A stretch of DNA of 64,000 nt. It comes from Octopus vulgaris (lineage: Eukaryota). The stretch is taken from positions 744,001-808,000 of the forward strand of contig OX597817.1 of assembly GCA_951406725.2 (NCBI GenBank), written 5' to 3'. Position 1 is the first letter of the stretch. Every line of letters begins with the position of its first letter. The notes under the pieces were generated by a model. That model was not told the DNA's origin and made no database searches. It saw only the letters and a list, made by a program, of their open reading frames with translations. The position numbers and the translations under genes were made by a program. Below are positions 1 through 12,599 of the stretch, piece after piece.

Positions 1-86
1 GAACTCTTCCAGTCTATCAGGTGAAGTTAATCAACAGTTTATCAGACAGAGGAGCTACATAAACTAGGTAGATTACCTGTCCCTCT

Positions 87-1966
87 TCATCATCATCATC
101 ATCGTTTAACGTCTGTTCTCCATGCTAGCATGGGTTGGACCAGGGATCTGTGAAGCCAGAAGGCTGCACCAGGCTCCGGTCTGATCTGGCAGTGTTTCTA
201 CAGCTGGATGCCCTTCCTAACGCCAACCACTCAGTGAGTGTAGTGGGTGCTTTTTACGTGCCACCTGCACAGGTACCAGGCAAGGCTGGCAACGGCCACA
301 ATCGGATTGGTGCATTTTACGTGCCACTGGCATGGAAGCCAGTCAAGGTGGCACTGGCAATCGGCCATGATTTGGATAGCGCTTCTTACTTGCCACCAGC
401 ACGGAAGCCAGTCTAGGCGGCGCTGGCATCGGCCATGTTCAGTTGGCGCCACCGGCTCAGGGATCACAACTGCAGTTTCCAATGATTTTGATGTCGGTGT
501 ACTTGACTCAATGGATCTCCTCAAGCACAGGGTCGAAATGGTGTTTCTTCACTTGCCACCTGCACAGGAGTCAGTCCAGCAGTTCTGGCAACTGCCAGGT
601 GCCAGTCATAGGATTGGTTCAATTTTGATTCCGATTTCACTTGCCCCAACAGGTCTTTGCAAGCAGAGTTTAGTGTCCAATGAAGTGAGGTTGGCATGGG
701 TGCCTGTCGTCGGATGAGGTTCGATTTCGACTTCGCTTGCCTCAACAGGTCTTTGTGTGTCCAAGGGAGGAAAGACATGCTGAAGTGGGCTGGACTCACT
801 TGTCCTGCCTGGTCTTCTCACGCACAGCATATTTCCAAAGGTCTCGGTCGCTGGTCATTGCCTCGGTAAGGCCTAAAGTTCAAAGGTCGTGCTTCATCAC
901 CTCATCCCAGGTTTTCCTGGGTCTACCTCTTCCACGGGTTCCCTCAACTGCTAGGGATTGGTACTTTTTCACACAACTATCTTCATCCATTCTTGCCACA
1001 TGACCATACTAGCGCAATCGTCTCTCTTGCACACCACAACTGATGTTTCTTAGGTCCAACATTTCTCTCAAGGTACTAACGCTCTGTCGAGTATGTACAC
1101 TGACGTTACACATCCATCGGAGCATACTGGCTTCATTCCTCACGAGCTTACGCATGTCCTCAGCAGTCACGGCCCATGTTTCACTGTAGCATAGCTGTTC
1201 GTACACATGCATCATACAGTCTGCCTTTTACTCTGAGCGAGAGGCCTTTAGTCACCAGCAGAGGTAAGAGCTCTCTGAACTTTGCCCAGGCTAGTCTTAT
1301 TCTAGCAGTTACGCTTTTAGCACCCCCACCCCCACTACTGACTTGGTCACCTAGATAACGGAAGCTATCAACTACTTCTAGTTTTTCCCCCTGAAAAGTG
1401 ACGGAAGTTGTTTTCTGCAGATTTTCAGAGTTTATTGCTCCTGAGCATCTGCCACATACAAAAACTATCTTCCCAGTTAGCCTTCCTTTGACATTGCTGC
1501 ACCTCTTATGTGTCCATAGCTTACACTGGGTACATCTTAGAGTTTCTACCTACGCCTTTTCTACAGATCGAGCAGGGCCATCTACCTGAAGGCATTTGTG
1601 GTTTGTCTACCTTCCTACTTATTAGGACGTTGGTTTTAGCTAGGTTGACTCTAAGGCCCTTCGATTCTAATCCCTCCTTCCACACCTGGAACTTCTCCAG
1701 TTCTGATAGTGACTCAGCAATTAGAGCAAGGTCGTCAGCACAGAGGAGCTCCCAGGGGCATCCTGTCTTGAATTCCTCTGTAATTGCCCGGAGGACTATG
1801 ATAAATAGGAGGGGGCTGAGGACTGAACCCTGGTGGACCCCAACCTCTACCTTGAATTCTTCAGTGTACACGTTGCCAACCCTAACCTTACTTACAGCAT
1901 CCCTGTACATGGCTTGCACAGCTCTCACCAGCCATTCATCTATCCCTAGTTTCCTCATTGACCACC
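87..1966 (-). mobile_element. RTE-clade LINE copy A, 5'-truncated (RT C-half with PHD-like insert, modular 3' UTR, (GAT)n tail)
   Basis: Minus ORF 1521-1958 has GVHQGSVLSPLLF and LLCADDL; ORF 1009-1215 is an RTE C-terminal segment; frameshifts and stops present; (cat)n tail at 87-103; homologous to copies at 27.3k and 36.8k. Confidence 0.93.
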
Positions 1967-2399
1967 ATTCCTTTTACATAAATCATTAGTCTATCTGGAA
2001 CCACCATTTTTTAGATGAAGCTTTAGCTCCTTTGCATTCTGAAATTTTTAGGTGTATTCTTTGGATGGCAACAAAATTGAAAAAAATTGTGCTGCTGCTA
2101 AATTATATTAATGTTGAACAAAGATTTGAATATGAGTCTTACATTCTGCAATAATTCTTGCTTTCTGTTTGTTTTTGTGATCATGCAAAGTGGTTAAAGA
2201 ATCAAAACGAAATATCAATCGTTTTAAAGTTTAATACAAAATAGCAATTTGGTATATAAATCCTTTTATAGAAGTCTACTAGCGTTACATATATTGCAGA
2301 GCTTCTGTTTAGAGCTTATCTTATTTACATAATAAAATTACTTGTATAAAATAAATGACATGGATGGAAAATGATAGAAAACACTTGAAAATATTGGTT

Positions 2400-2572
2400 T
2401 AAAAATTGGCACAAAGCCAACAATTTCAGGGCAGGGGATAAGTCAATTATTTTGACCCCAGTGCTCGACTGATATTTATTTTCTCGACCCTTGAAAGGAT
2501 AAAATACTCAGAATATAAAGATAGACAAAATGCTGCTAAGTATGCTAACAATTCTACCAGCTGGCCACCTTA
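2400..2572 (-). mobile_element. SINE of the abundant family with core gcctttcatcctttcggggtcgat, degenerate
   Basis: Similar to copies at 8.2-8.9k, 25.5k and 58.7k. Confidence 0.65.
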
Positions 2573-3156
2573 AAAATCACTTTAAAATACTAAATGTATA
2601 TAAACAATTCCAATTTTAGTTACATTGTCACAAAAATTGATAAAAATTTAGCAATCTGTTAACGAGTGAAATGGACAGTAATTAGTTTGTAAAAATTCAT
2701 TGAAATAAATCATCTTTAAAGTTTGCATCTAAACAAAGCAATAAGTTGGAATATGTTATGAATTAAATGAGCTTTGGATATTGAAAATTTATTACAAATC
2801 TGAAGTATATTTCTTCAATTTTCTGTAATAATAGTTTATAAATTAGCATAATAATGAATTTATGACAACTTGAAGAGGAATAATCATTAGTAAATCTGTG
2901 TACCAAGCTTAAATGGAAGTCGAGAGAAAAACTTGATAAATATTGTAGGACAAATGAATAGTTTAATATGGGAGAATAGAAAATATCCATGTACATTCCT
3001 ATTAAAAGCACCTCAACAAAATTAGAAAAGTAATGTAATGGAAGTACTTTTACTATGAAGGGTTAATACAGTGAAACTGAAAGGGGGGGGAAATATAAAA
3101 ACTAAGATACATTTTTTTTTTTATGAATATAAGAAAACGTGTAATTAAAAAGGGGT

Positions 3157-3527
3157 TTACATTGCAAATTCATTATCAGATTCAACAATCTTTTTAGGCC
3201 AAGGTGCAGGGTCACGCCTCATTCCAGTATTAATATGTCCTGTTCTGCTGGGTTCCAACGGTCTATAAGGGACTGAGGATCGGATTTCAGCAATCTGCTT
3301 CCTACGAATTTCTTCCACTATCATACAAGTTGAACAAGCTTGTGTCCACAAGAGAACACAACAGAAGATGCACAGTAAAGGACCACATAAGGCAAAATAA
3401 TAACCCCAGTTTAAAGTGACATACGGAGCAGTGTTAAGAATGACTCTATTCATAACAGGAAAATCATCCCAGATGTCTCCTTCAGTGTGGATTCCAGAAA
3501 ATGCCACACCAAAAATTAATGCAAGAG
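3157..3527 (-). CDS. Claudin/PMP22-like tetraspan protein, last coding exon (end of TM3, ECL2, TM4, cytoplasmic tail)
   Basis: Acceptor ttttcag at 3528-3534 (minus); phase-1 join to the 7200 exon gives ...VTFS-A-LALIFGVAF; LNWGYYFALCGPLLCIFCCVLLW resembles claudin-family TM4; stop TAA at 3157-3159. Confidence 0.85.
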
Positions 3528-3794
3528 CTGAAAATATATTAAATGGAAAATAAAAATGTAGATTAAACAGGGGGAGAAATACAAAGGAAATATAAGCATC
3601 TTGTAACAATTATTGCAATATTGTGATTACTTAATAAAGTATAATTAGATTAAGTCACAATGATAAACTATCTCCTTGCTAGCTAAATTATTACAAAGTG
3701 ATGTTCAACACTGTAGGCTTTCAAAAAGTTTTTTTAACCCAGCAGTGAACAGTAACATCCTATAGTTGACTGTTTTGTTGATAAAATAAAAAGT

Positions 3795-4022
3795 ATTTCC
3801 TTCTCAAGCCATGCCAGGCTCATGAGGGCCAGTTTCTCAGTTTCAATGGCATATATATTCCCCACCTGGACAGGACACCTGTCCATTACAGGATTATTAA
3901 TTTTTGCCAGCTGAGTGGACTGGAGCAATGTGAAATGGAGTGTTTTTTTCCGGTCCAGGAATCGAAACCACAATCTTATGATTATGAGTCCAGCACCCCA
4001 ACCACTAAGCCAAACACCTCCA
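3795..4022 (-). mobile_element. tRNA-derived SINE
   Basis: Minus strand has A box tggcttagtgg, anticodon-like loop ctcataa and B box ggtttcgattcc; related copy at 33330-33595. Confidence 0.7.
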
Positions 4023-4984
4023 AATGTTTTGTTGATTATCAAGTGATTTTTGTCTATTGAACTCAACATTTCAAGCTGCTATGGCACAGATCTTTCTTTA
4101 ACAAAGAAAAATATCTCACTTCTAAGTTTTCAGCTGAATGGTTGAAAATTTTCTGGGTCTATCTATTGATTGTGTTTCATTGTAAGGAAAACAAAATTAA
4201 ATTGGGTTGTTTTGTTTAACATTATCTTCAGTATCTGGTCTAAGACAGCATTAAAGCTTTTAAAATAAGACACCAATAAATGAGACTTTGAAGAGTACAC
4301 ATCTTTAATTATTTACTCTCCAGGAACACACACACATACACACACACAAAAGAAAGAAAATGATCAGAATGGTTTAAGGACGGAGGTAGAGGAACTGGAA
4401 TGAGGAAAGATAACCAACTTTCTTGTTTATATTGTGCTTAGAAAAAGTTACAGAAATTAGTAATGAGTGAGACAAAAGTTAATTAATAACAAATTTGAGC
4501 ATATCATCATTGAATTTACTGAATTTTGGCTTATTTTCTAGGCAAAAACTATGTTTCTCTAAACTAGATTTCTAAGAAGCTCAGTATCACAAACCAATGA
4601 AGCACTTGAATCATTTGTTGTTGGTTGTTTCCTCCTGTTTGAAATTTTCAACTATGAATTAAACCTGTATTGCAACTTCTATTTGCCAAGAGCTGAGTAT
4701 CTCTTTAAAGTGCTAGTGTAGGACTACAACACCTTAACATTTTCTTAAAATAAACTTAATAAGGCTATTAAAATATCTAAGAGGAAGCAAGAAAAATTCA
4801 AACTACAGAAACAATTTTTGACAGCAACAGAACATGGGATGAATCATGTTTTTTTTTTTGTTTTTTTGAAAAACATATCACTTAGCATAATGAAGATAGA
4901 TGTGAGACAAAGTGGATACCTTTAAATGCCAAAGATTCCCTTTGATCAAATGACAACAGATTTCAAAAGGAGATAACAACAAGA

Positions 4985-5440
4985 CTCAGTTTAGTCTCTC
5001 CTGCCATGACAAAACTGAACGCTCTATGGAAGAGCAACTCTATTAGTTTTCCAATGAGACTAAAAGTGTCCAAAGCTTTGGTCCTTCTGTATGAGTGGAA
5101 GAGATGGACTCTTACAGTTGACATAGAACAAAGAATCCAGGTATTTGAGTATAAGTTTTTCAGAAATCTGCTACACATACACAGAAAACGATTTGTCAGG
5201 CAGCAAAGTCAACAAATACAATGGTAGACAGGAACCATTCCTTGCACAAGTAAAAAGATGAAAGCTTGCTTGGTATGGTCACATATCCTGCCACAACTCC
5301 CTGTCCAAAACCATCCTTTGGGGCCCAACTGAGGGAGGGAAAAAGAGAAGACACAGAAAATCCTGGTCTGACTGGACAGGTCACAACGCCATAACCCTGC
5401 TATGCATGACAGGGGACAGAAACCAGTGGTGGCAGCTAAC
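4985..5440 (+). mobile_element. Old RTE-type LINE 3' fragment (a different subfamily)
   Basis: ORF 5006-5227 (KLNALWKSNSIS..LKV..ALV..LYEWKRWTL) resembles the RTE ORF2 C-terminus. Confidence 0.6.
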
Positions 5441-5958
5441 TGCAAAGCATCGAGAGAGACGGAGCAATGACTGGTTGCAGCAGTTAAGGACTTTCAAATG
5501 TACTGTGGGGGTAAAATAACAGAGTTATGTTTGCAATATGATTCTGATTCTTGGTCGACCCACTTGTTCCTCATAATTAATAAAATGCTTGACATCTATC
5601 ACTTGTAATTTCTTCCTCATTTTTTACAAAGTGTGTCATAAGTGAAACCAAAGACCCAGTCTTCAGCAACATATCACCATAATTCATGAATACATTTCTT
5701 AAGGAAATTGAACTATAAATGTCCCATTCCAATGTCCTATACTCTCCTTAAAAAGTTTAATATTTGCTTCAACTTTACAGATACAGAAAAGGCATTTAAC
5801 TGAAAAATGACAGCACTGTTCTGCATCCAGATGAAGCAACGGACGATCTCGCTGCCTTTAATTACAATCGATCAGGTAAAAAGAAAAAGTTATCCTGTTC
5901 TTTATATGAAAATATGTTTTTTATATGTTTTCAAACCCCACCTTTCTTTTGTATTAAT

Positions 5959-6720
5959 ATCATCATCATCATTTAACATCAGCTTTCCATGCTGGCATGG
6001 GTTGGATGGTTTGACTGAGGACTGGCAAACCAGAAAGCTGCACCAGGCTCCAATCTGATCTGGCAAGGTTTCTACAGCTGGATGCCCTTCCTAACACCAA
6101 CCACTCCAAGAGTGTAGTGGGTGCTTTTTACATGTCACTGGCATGAGAGCCAGTCAAGTGGTACTGGCATCAACCTCACTTGAGTGGTGATTTTTACGTG
6201 CCACTGGCACGGGAGCCAGTCAGGCAGCACTGGCATCGACCATGCTCGAATGGTGCCTTTTACATGCCACCAGCACGGGTGCCAATCAGGCGGTACTGTC
6301 ATCAGCCATGACAATGATTTCACTTGCCTCAACAGGTCTTCACAAGCAGTTTATTGCCCAATGATTGAAAGGCACCCTTAAATGAGCCAGTTAGGCTGCA
6401 CTGGCATAGGCCACGGGTTACGGTCTCACTTGGCTTGCCAGGTTTTCTCAAACACAGCATATCTCCAAAGGCCCAACGTTTAACGGTCATGCTTCACCAA
6501 CACATCCCAGGTCTTCCTGGATCTACCTCTTCCACAGGCTCCTGTTACTGCTAGGGTGTGACACTTTTCCACACAGCTGTCCTCATCCATATGCAACACA
6601 TGACCATACCAGCGCAGTCGTCTCTCTTGTACCCCATCTGATGCTTCTTATGTCCAACTTTTCTCTCAGGGCACTTACACTCTGTCGTGTATGCACACTG
6701 ACGTTACATATCCAGTGGAG
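5959..6720 (-). mobile_element. RTE LINE copy B (short 3' piece)
   Basis: WICNVSVHTRQSVSALREKLDIRSIR, conserved 3' UTR and (cat)n tail. Confidence 0.88.
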
Positions 6721-7199
6721 TGCCACCAGGATGTTTAGTTTTTTCATAAAATTACACATTACATTGTTGTAACACAAGCTGCTATTGTCTACTGTATATT
6801 TATGAGAACTTTGTAACCAGTTGGTTCATAAGAGTAGCATGTGAAAACTGTCTTTATGTAGTGAATGTACATAAAGTATTACCTGACCTGGTAGAGTTCA
6901 TTCTGTATGAAGATTCTGAACTCAACGCTGCAGGATAATTAATAATTAGACAGTGTTCATATTATTTGCAGCAATGAAATGTAGAAGTTATGGTAGCTAT
7001 TTACACCTAAGTTGTTTTGATGTCAGGAGTCAAGAATCTTGACTCGAGATCCTTTAGACAGCAAAAATTTGCCAAAGCTATTTTTTCATGATTAGCTTTT
7101 AGTAGAGTATCTAAACATTCACAATTAATGCACACATAAATATTAAAAAAAATATGTATTAATTGTATTAAAATTATATACAAAATATAGTTTACTCAC

Positions 7200-7343
7200 C
7201 TGAAAATGTCACAAAGCCTGCAGATGCAATCTCACCAGTAACGGAGCTATATTTTTGGCATGCCAATATGAATATTCCAACTGTACACATGGTTAAAGCA
7301 AACATACCAATGGAATACAAGACTTGGCCAACATACAAAGTTT
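7200..7343 (-). CDS. Claudin/PMP22-like protein, internal coding exon (TM2 and start of TM3)
   Basis: Poly-T tract plus AG acceptor at 7344-7345; donor GTGAGT at 7199-7194; 144 nt, phase 1/1; reads KTLYVGQVLYSIGMFALTMCTVGIFILACQKYSSVTGEIASAGFVTFS. Confidence 0.88.
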
Positions 7344-7611
7344 CTAAAAAAAAAAAAAAAAAAAAACAAAAATAATTTCCCTTTTATTCTTTTTAAGGGG
7401 AATCAGTCAACAGAATGCAACCAAGCTGGGGCAGGACTTTCAAAGGGTTTAAGTTGATTTTATTGATTCCAGTATTTCATTTGGTACTTAATTTATTAAT
7501 CATTATTTTTTCAAACGGTTGTCTGCATAAGAGATGTAAGTTAGTAGAATAAATGCCTCAGATGTTTTAGTTTGATCAACAGATTTATTAGTTCCCCTCA
7601 ATCACCAACCA

Positions 7612-7800
7612 TCATCATCATTTAATGTCTGTTTTCCTTGCTGGCATGTGCTGGATGGTTCAACAGGATCCGATAAGTTAGAGCACTGCGTCATGTGCTA
7701 ATGTTTGCTTCGGCATGACTTCTAGGTTGGATGCCCATCCTAATGCCAACCACTTTTCAGGGTGTACTAGATGCCTTTTTTTTTTGGTGTGGCACTGGCA
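7612..7800 (-). mobile_element. Diverged RTE 3'-end fragment
   Basis: (cat)n tail followed by the ggatgccc..cctaatgccaaccac motif of the RTE 3' UTR. Confidence 0.65.
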
Positions 7801-8200
7801 AAACTGAAGATTGTCTGACAACTTGCAAGGCTAAAGTGGCTTCTATAACTTAGAAATAGAAGAGATGGGGGCTATGATTTTAAAAAGGGTGATGAGAGAG
7901 TGTTAGTAAGGTGATAGGAACAGATTTACAACTTTGATCGGGTGGTAATGGGTAGAGAAACAAAGCAACAGAGTAGACACTAAATGGGGGGGGGGATAGC
8001 TTAAATGACAGAGGTTGGGAAAATGGAGGGATCCAGAGGAATGGTTTATAGGGGCTTGCGCAGGATGAGCTTTGCATAGTTCTCTCTATCGAATTTTATG
8101 TGGTGTTGGTTCAACCTAAGGTGGTACACAGAAGCACCTGGTTGCAGAAAGAAATTCTTAACCACATACCTATTGCCTCTAATAATAATAATAATAATAA

Positions 8201-8884
8201 TCTTTCTATTGGCACAAGGCCTGGTGGGGTAGGAGCTAGTCAATTACATTAACTCCAGTGCTAAACTGGTTCTTATTTTATTGACTCTGAAAAGATCAAA
8301 GGCAAAGTTGACCAAAGAGGAATTTAAACTCAGAACATAAAGATGGATGAAATGTTGCTAAGTATTTTGTTCAGAGTGTCAATGGTTCTGCCAACTTGCC
8401 ACCTTAATAATAATAATAATCCTTTCTGCTATAGGTACAAGGCCTGAAATTTGTGGGGAAGGGGTAAGTCGATCACATCAACCCCAGTACTTGACTGGTA
8501 GTTAATTTATCGACCCCTAAAAGGATGGAAGGTGAAGTTGACCTTAGCAGAATTTGAACTCAGAACATGACAACAGACAAAATTCCGCAAAGCATTTTGC
8601 CTGGCGTGCTAATGATTCTGCCTGCTTGCCACCATAATAATAATAATAATAACTACTGTCATTTCTACTTTAGGCACAAGGCCTTGAAAATTTTGTGGGG
8701 AAGGATGGGGGGGGGGGGCAGTCGATTGCATTGACTCAAATGTGTAAGTGGTCCTTAATTCATCAACCCCAAAAGGATGAAAGGCAAAGTCGACCTTGGC
8801 GGAATTTAAACTCAGAACGTAGCAGCAGATGAAATACTGCTAAGCATTTTGCCCGGCATGCCAACGGTTCCGTCAGCTTGCCCT
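8201..8884 (-). mobile_element. Three head-to-tail SINE copies separated by (AAT)n
   Basis: Three ~205-225 bp copies (about 8201-8404, 8420-8633, 8661-8884) sharing aaaggcaaagtcgacc..gaatttgaactcagaac. Confidence 0.85.
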
Positions 8885-11020
8885 TCTTAACATCAACCAC
8901 TTTACAGTGTGGACCAGGTGCTTTCTATACATGCTGCCTGCACTATTGAGGTTGCCATGCAGCTTGCAGAACTACAAACCTTGGGATGAGGTGAGGATCA
9001 GCTTCATGCTAGTGGATGAAGAAATTGAAGTATGAGAAGTGGTGGTGGTGGTGGGGGGAGAATCTGCCGGCTACTCATGTCTAGTAGTGGAAAGGGAGAG
9101 AAAGAGAAAAATGAACAATGGGAATAGCAAGAGACAGATAATGGCAATGCGAAGTCTAGATAACTTCAGAAGGCACAAAATGAGTTGAAGAATCAGAGTG
9201 CAAGACTGTATGGGAAGGAGAATGATGGGAGGAGATGCAAAGTGATGGGGAAGCAAAGATGAGGTAGAGTTGAAGGGTAGATGATCAAAGAGTGATGAGT
9301 TGGGGGGAAAAAGAAGGACGCAAAAGAGAGGGGTAGTGAGTAGCAGGATTAGTGAAGATGGCACAGTTGTTAGAAGAGGACCTCACTTAAAAATATAAAG
9401 GAAACTGTGTGTGTGTGTGTGTGTGTGTGTAGTGAGAAGGGGAGCAAGAGAGCTGGTAACTTTGCTAGCAATTCAGAATGCCTCTCTCTCTCGCTTTCTC
9501 ACTCGCATACACTGAAGCTTCTGTATAAAGAGTGAAGTTACACGGTGGAGAGAGAAGGGCGTTGAGTGCAGAAGATTTATAAATGCTACAGAGAAATGAG
9601 ATGAGTATGCTCTGTTGAATGAGGACAGAGTAGAAAAGAGATGAGAGGAAAACTGGGTATATTAAGAATCAGATGAAAGGTGGAAGAGAGAAGACTGTGT
9701 TTTGATGGACGTACCTATACATATGTAAAATGCTAGATTGCAACTGGATGGAAGATGTAGGAGAGAGAGAAGGCGTAGGAGGAACTGATGACAGCTAATC
9801 CCAATAAACTGAATTTCATGAAGGAGATGGCAAAGGACAATTCCATGTTTTGTTAATTCAATCTCCTTGCCAACAACCATCATGTTTCCCTCTCTAATCA
9901 TATCATTCATTCTGACTATGGGGGATTATCAGACATTGGTTTATAAGCCTGGACAAATACAATAAATCTCTCTTTATCTAAATGCATAATTTAGTTCCAT
10001 GGAAACAGCCTCAGTTTGTTTGCGGCTAACAACTTTATGCCAATCTGTCATTAAAACTGCAACAGATGATGCTGTGTGTAAGAAATACTCTTAGCCCCGA
10101 AAGACAGTACTTGGGACAACTGTTTTCCTAATTGATATTAGGCTCTTCTCTGATAAAAAAAAAATTAGAATTAGAGATACTCGGTTGTCTATATAAAACT
10201 CCCTACCACACCACATAGTGCTAAGGGGGCATTAACACATTCTGGCCTCTCTTGCAGAGTGGTATGGGGAAACTCCTCCTACTCAGTCATCTTCACTCTA
10301 ACCTAGGCAGGATATTAAAGGCAATACTAGATTATCTCAATAAAACTTCTTAACATGTAAAGCTGCTTATAAGAATGAAAATGGAAGCAACTCCTATAAG
10401 CAACAGTTTATACTGAAGCTATGAAACTCAATTCCCACTCGGGCATCAAGCCTAACATGTTGATCGATGAATAATACGAATAGAGACTGATGCAAGGGGA
10501 AGAAGATCTTTCGAAAAATCTAGACGAGATTGAAGCAGGGAAATGAGTGTCTTTAGTTCAATCACAGACCATTTCCTTCTAGGGCCAGGGATGTGACAAC
10601 TAGTTGTATGGAAAAGAAAGGATCAAACAGATGGAGACAAGAAAAGGAATTAGGCACCCTCTTTAGTCATGTCAGGGACAAGATAACCCCTCAGGTGCCA
10701 GTGAATGAACAGCAACAATGTTGTAGTGGAGAGAAGAGTCTTTAGCTTTGCTAGGAAGACAACAACTGCTCTAGTGCTGGTACTATGTTAAAATGTACCT
10801 CATACTATGTAATGATTGAATGCTAAATAAAATGGAATGTATGAATGAGATATGGCCCCCGACCTGTCTAGGAAGGTAATATCTCCAAGTAAAAACTTAT
10901 ACAGAATATGTCAACCCATTTAACCCATGCCAGCACAAAAAAGTGGATGTAAAAATGATGATAATATACTCTTTTCCATAGAATTGTTTTTGTGAACAAT
11001 ACAACAGAATAAATACTTAC

Positions 11021-11504
11021 TGGGAACCACTAAAACTGGAGCAGTGTTCTCAAGATGTATAAGAGATATCAGCTTGTACTTCAACTCAGTTAAGGTCTTG
11101 AAATCAGCATATGGGTATTCCATGTAAAATAGGCCAACATTTACTTCGGGAACATACAAATTGTTAAAGGTCTGACCAAGTTTAGTAAGCTGACGTTTGT
11201 AGCGCAGCTGTATTTGGGTTGGCAAAAGAGCATGTAGCCAGTTCCAGTCTACTGATCGTTTCCTTCTGCCAGTCGCTGGGGCAGAGACATTTGCAGTTGT
11301 CTGTGTTGAAGTAACGACTGTTGTGGGTTTTTTAGTTGACATATAAACTTTTATTGGCTCATTGGATTTTGTATAGTGGAAGTCAACGACAAACCAATAA
11401 GGCAAAAAAAGAGCTGTTAAACACAGGACCATGGTAACCAACATCAGATTAGAAAGGATAAAAAGACGGGTATTTTGTGGCCAGTATTTTATCATACCCC
11501 TCAT
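11021..11504 (-). CDS. Claudin/PMP22-like protein, first coding exon (TM1 and large ECL1)
   Basis: ATG at 11504; acceptor AG at 11531-11532; donor GTAAGT at 11020-11015; TM1 ends LFLPYW, with a later GLF motif; 484+144+371 nt = 999 nt open frame (332 aa). Confidence 0.85.
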
Positions 11505-11776
11505 GATGGCAATTCATTCAAAGCAGAAACCTAAAAAGATAAAAATGGCAAAATTATAATATGAGGACTGCAAATATACATAAGACAATTTATGGGATTA
11601 AAATAAAAATATGAATTTCAATCAGTGATCACAACCGAAAAGCAATAGATAAAAAACGCCATATGTGTATCATACTAAATGTATATACCCCAATGAAAGG
11701 TATGCTACTGTGATTTTTGTTGGCAGAAAATCTCAGAAATATACAGTATTAAAACCACACAAGGTGGAGCCAGAAA

Positions 11777-11957
11777 AACATCATTGTAGATATGACCCAT
11801 GAGAATGACAAACTCCTAGTAGGGATTTTGCCCTACTTGGGGCTTATCAATTGCCAAGACAAAATTCATGCTTTTATATGTAGGAAACAGTGACTAATAC
11901 TAAGTGCCAAGAAGGACAAAATGTGTTATTCTCATGGGTCAATGCTGCAATGGTGTT
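11777..11957. repeat. Degenerate inverted repeat, MITE-like
   Basis: aacatcattgtagatatgacccatgagaat at the left pairs with attctcatgggtcaatgctgcaatggtgtt at the right. Confidence 0.55.
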
Positions 11958-12599
11958 CACTTTGATCTGATATATAGGGTACTTCTAATACATGTCGATG
12001 AAGAAATTTTCTGAGAGTTTTACAAAAGAATGCAGATGTTGGAGGGTCTTGGGGCTTTGTGCTATTTGGTGCAAACTTTATCCTAACAACCAGTTTCAGC
12101 TTTCCTTCTACAATATTTTAACCATTTAACATGTTAAAATGCCACACAAGACTTTAATGCTACAGGGACTACAAATGTTTATGTATTATGATAAAGTCAA
12201 TAAGATGACCCTGTTTGGAACAAGAATCAGTTCAGGTAACTTTATATGCTTGAATTTATGATGGAACAAAATACTGTTTATCATAAGACCCAGTTTGGTA
12301 AAATGAGTGCAACAGGCAAAGACCACAATATTCATTCTATCTATGCTAAAGCATAGCATCCTAAGCTTGACCACTTGTAATTTTGATCTAAGTTTTAAAA
12401 ATCAACAGGATGATTTTGTCACCAGTCAGTGTGGAAATGATGGCATTTCTAAAATTCTCAAAAGAGAGTGTCTTCTGCTGAGTGAAAGGTTGTTGCATCA
12501 ACAGAGAAGAAAGTCACATGATGTCCAGAAGACAAAAATAGATGGGATTTAATGATTTAATGGTCACTAATGTTGGATCACAGCTCACCTAGCCTATCA

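Noticed and set aside
3528-3609. N-terminal part of ORF 3157-3609 and C-terminal part of ORF 10920-11504 as coding
   Set aside because: Both extend past clear splice sites into intron sequence
9060-10750. Purine-rich stretch, possibly an ancient LINE on the minus strand
   Set aside because: No diagnostic motif could be read, so it was left unannotated
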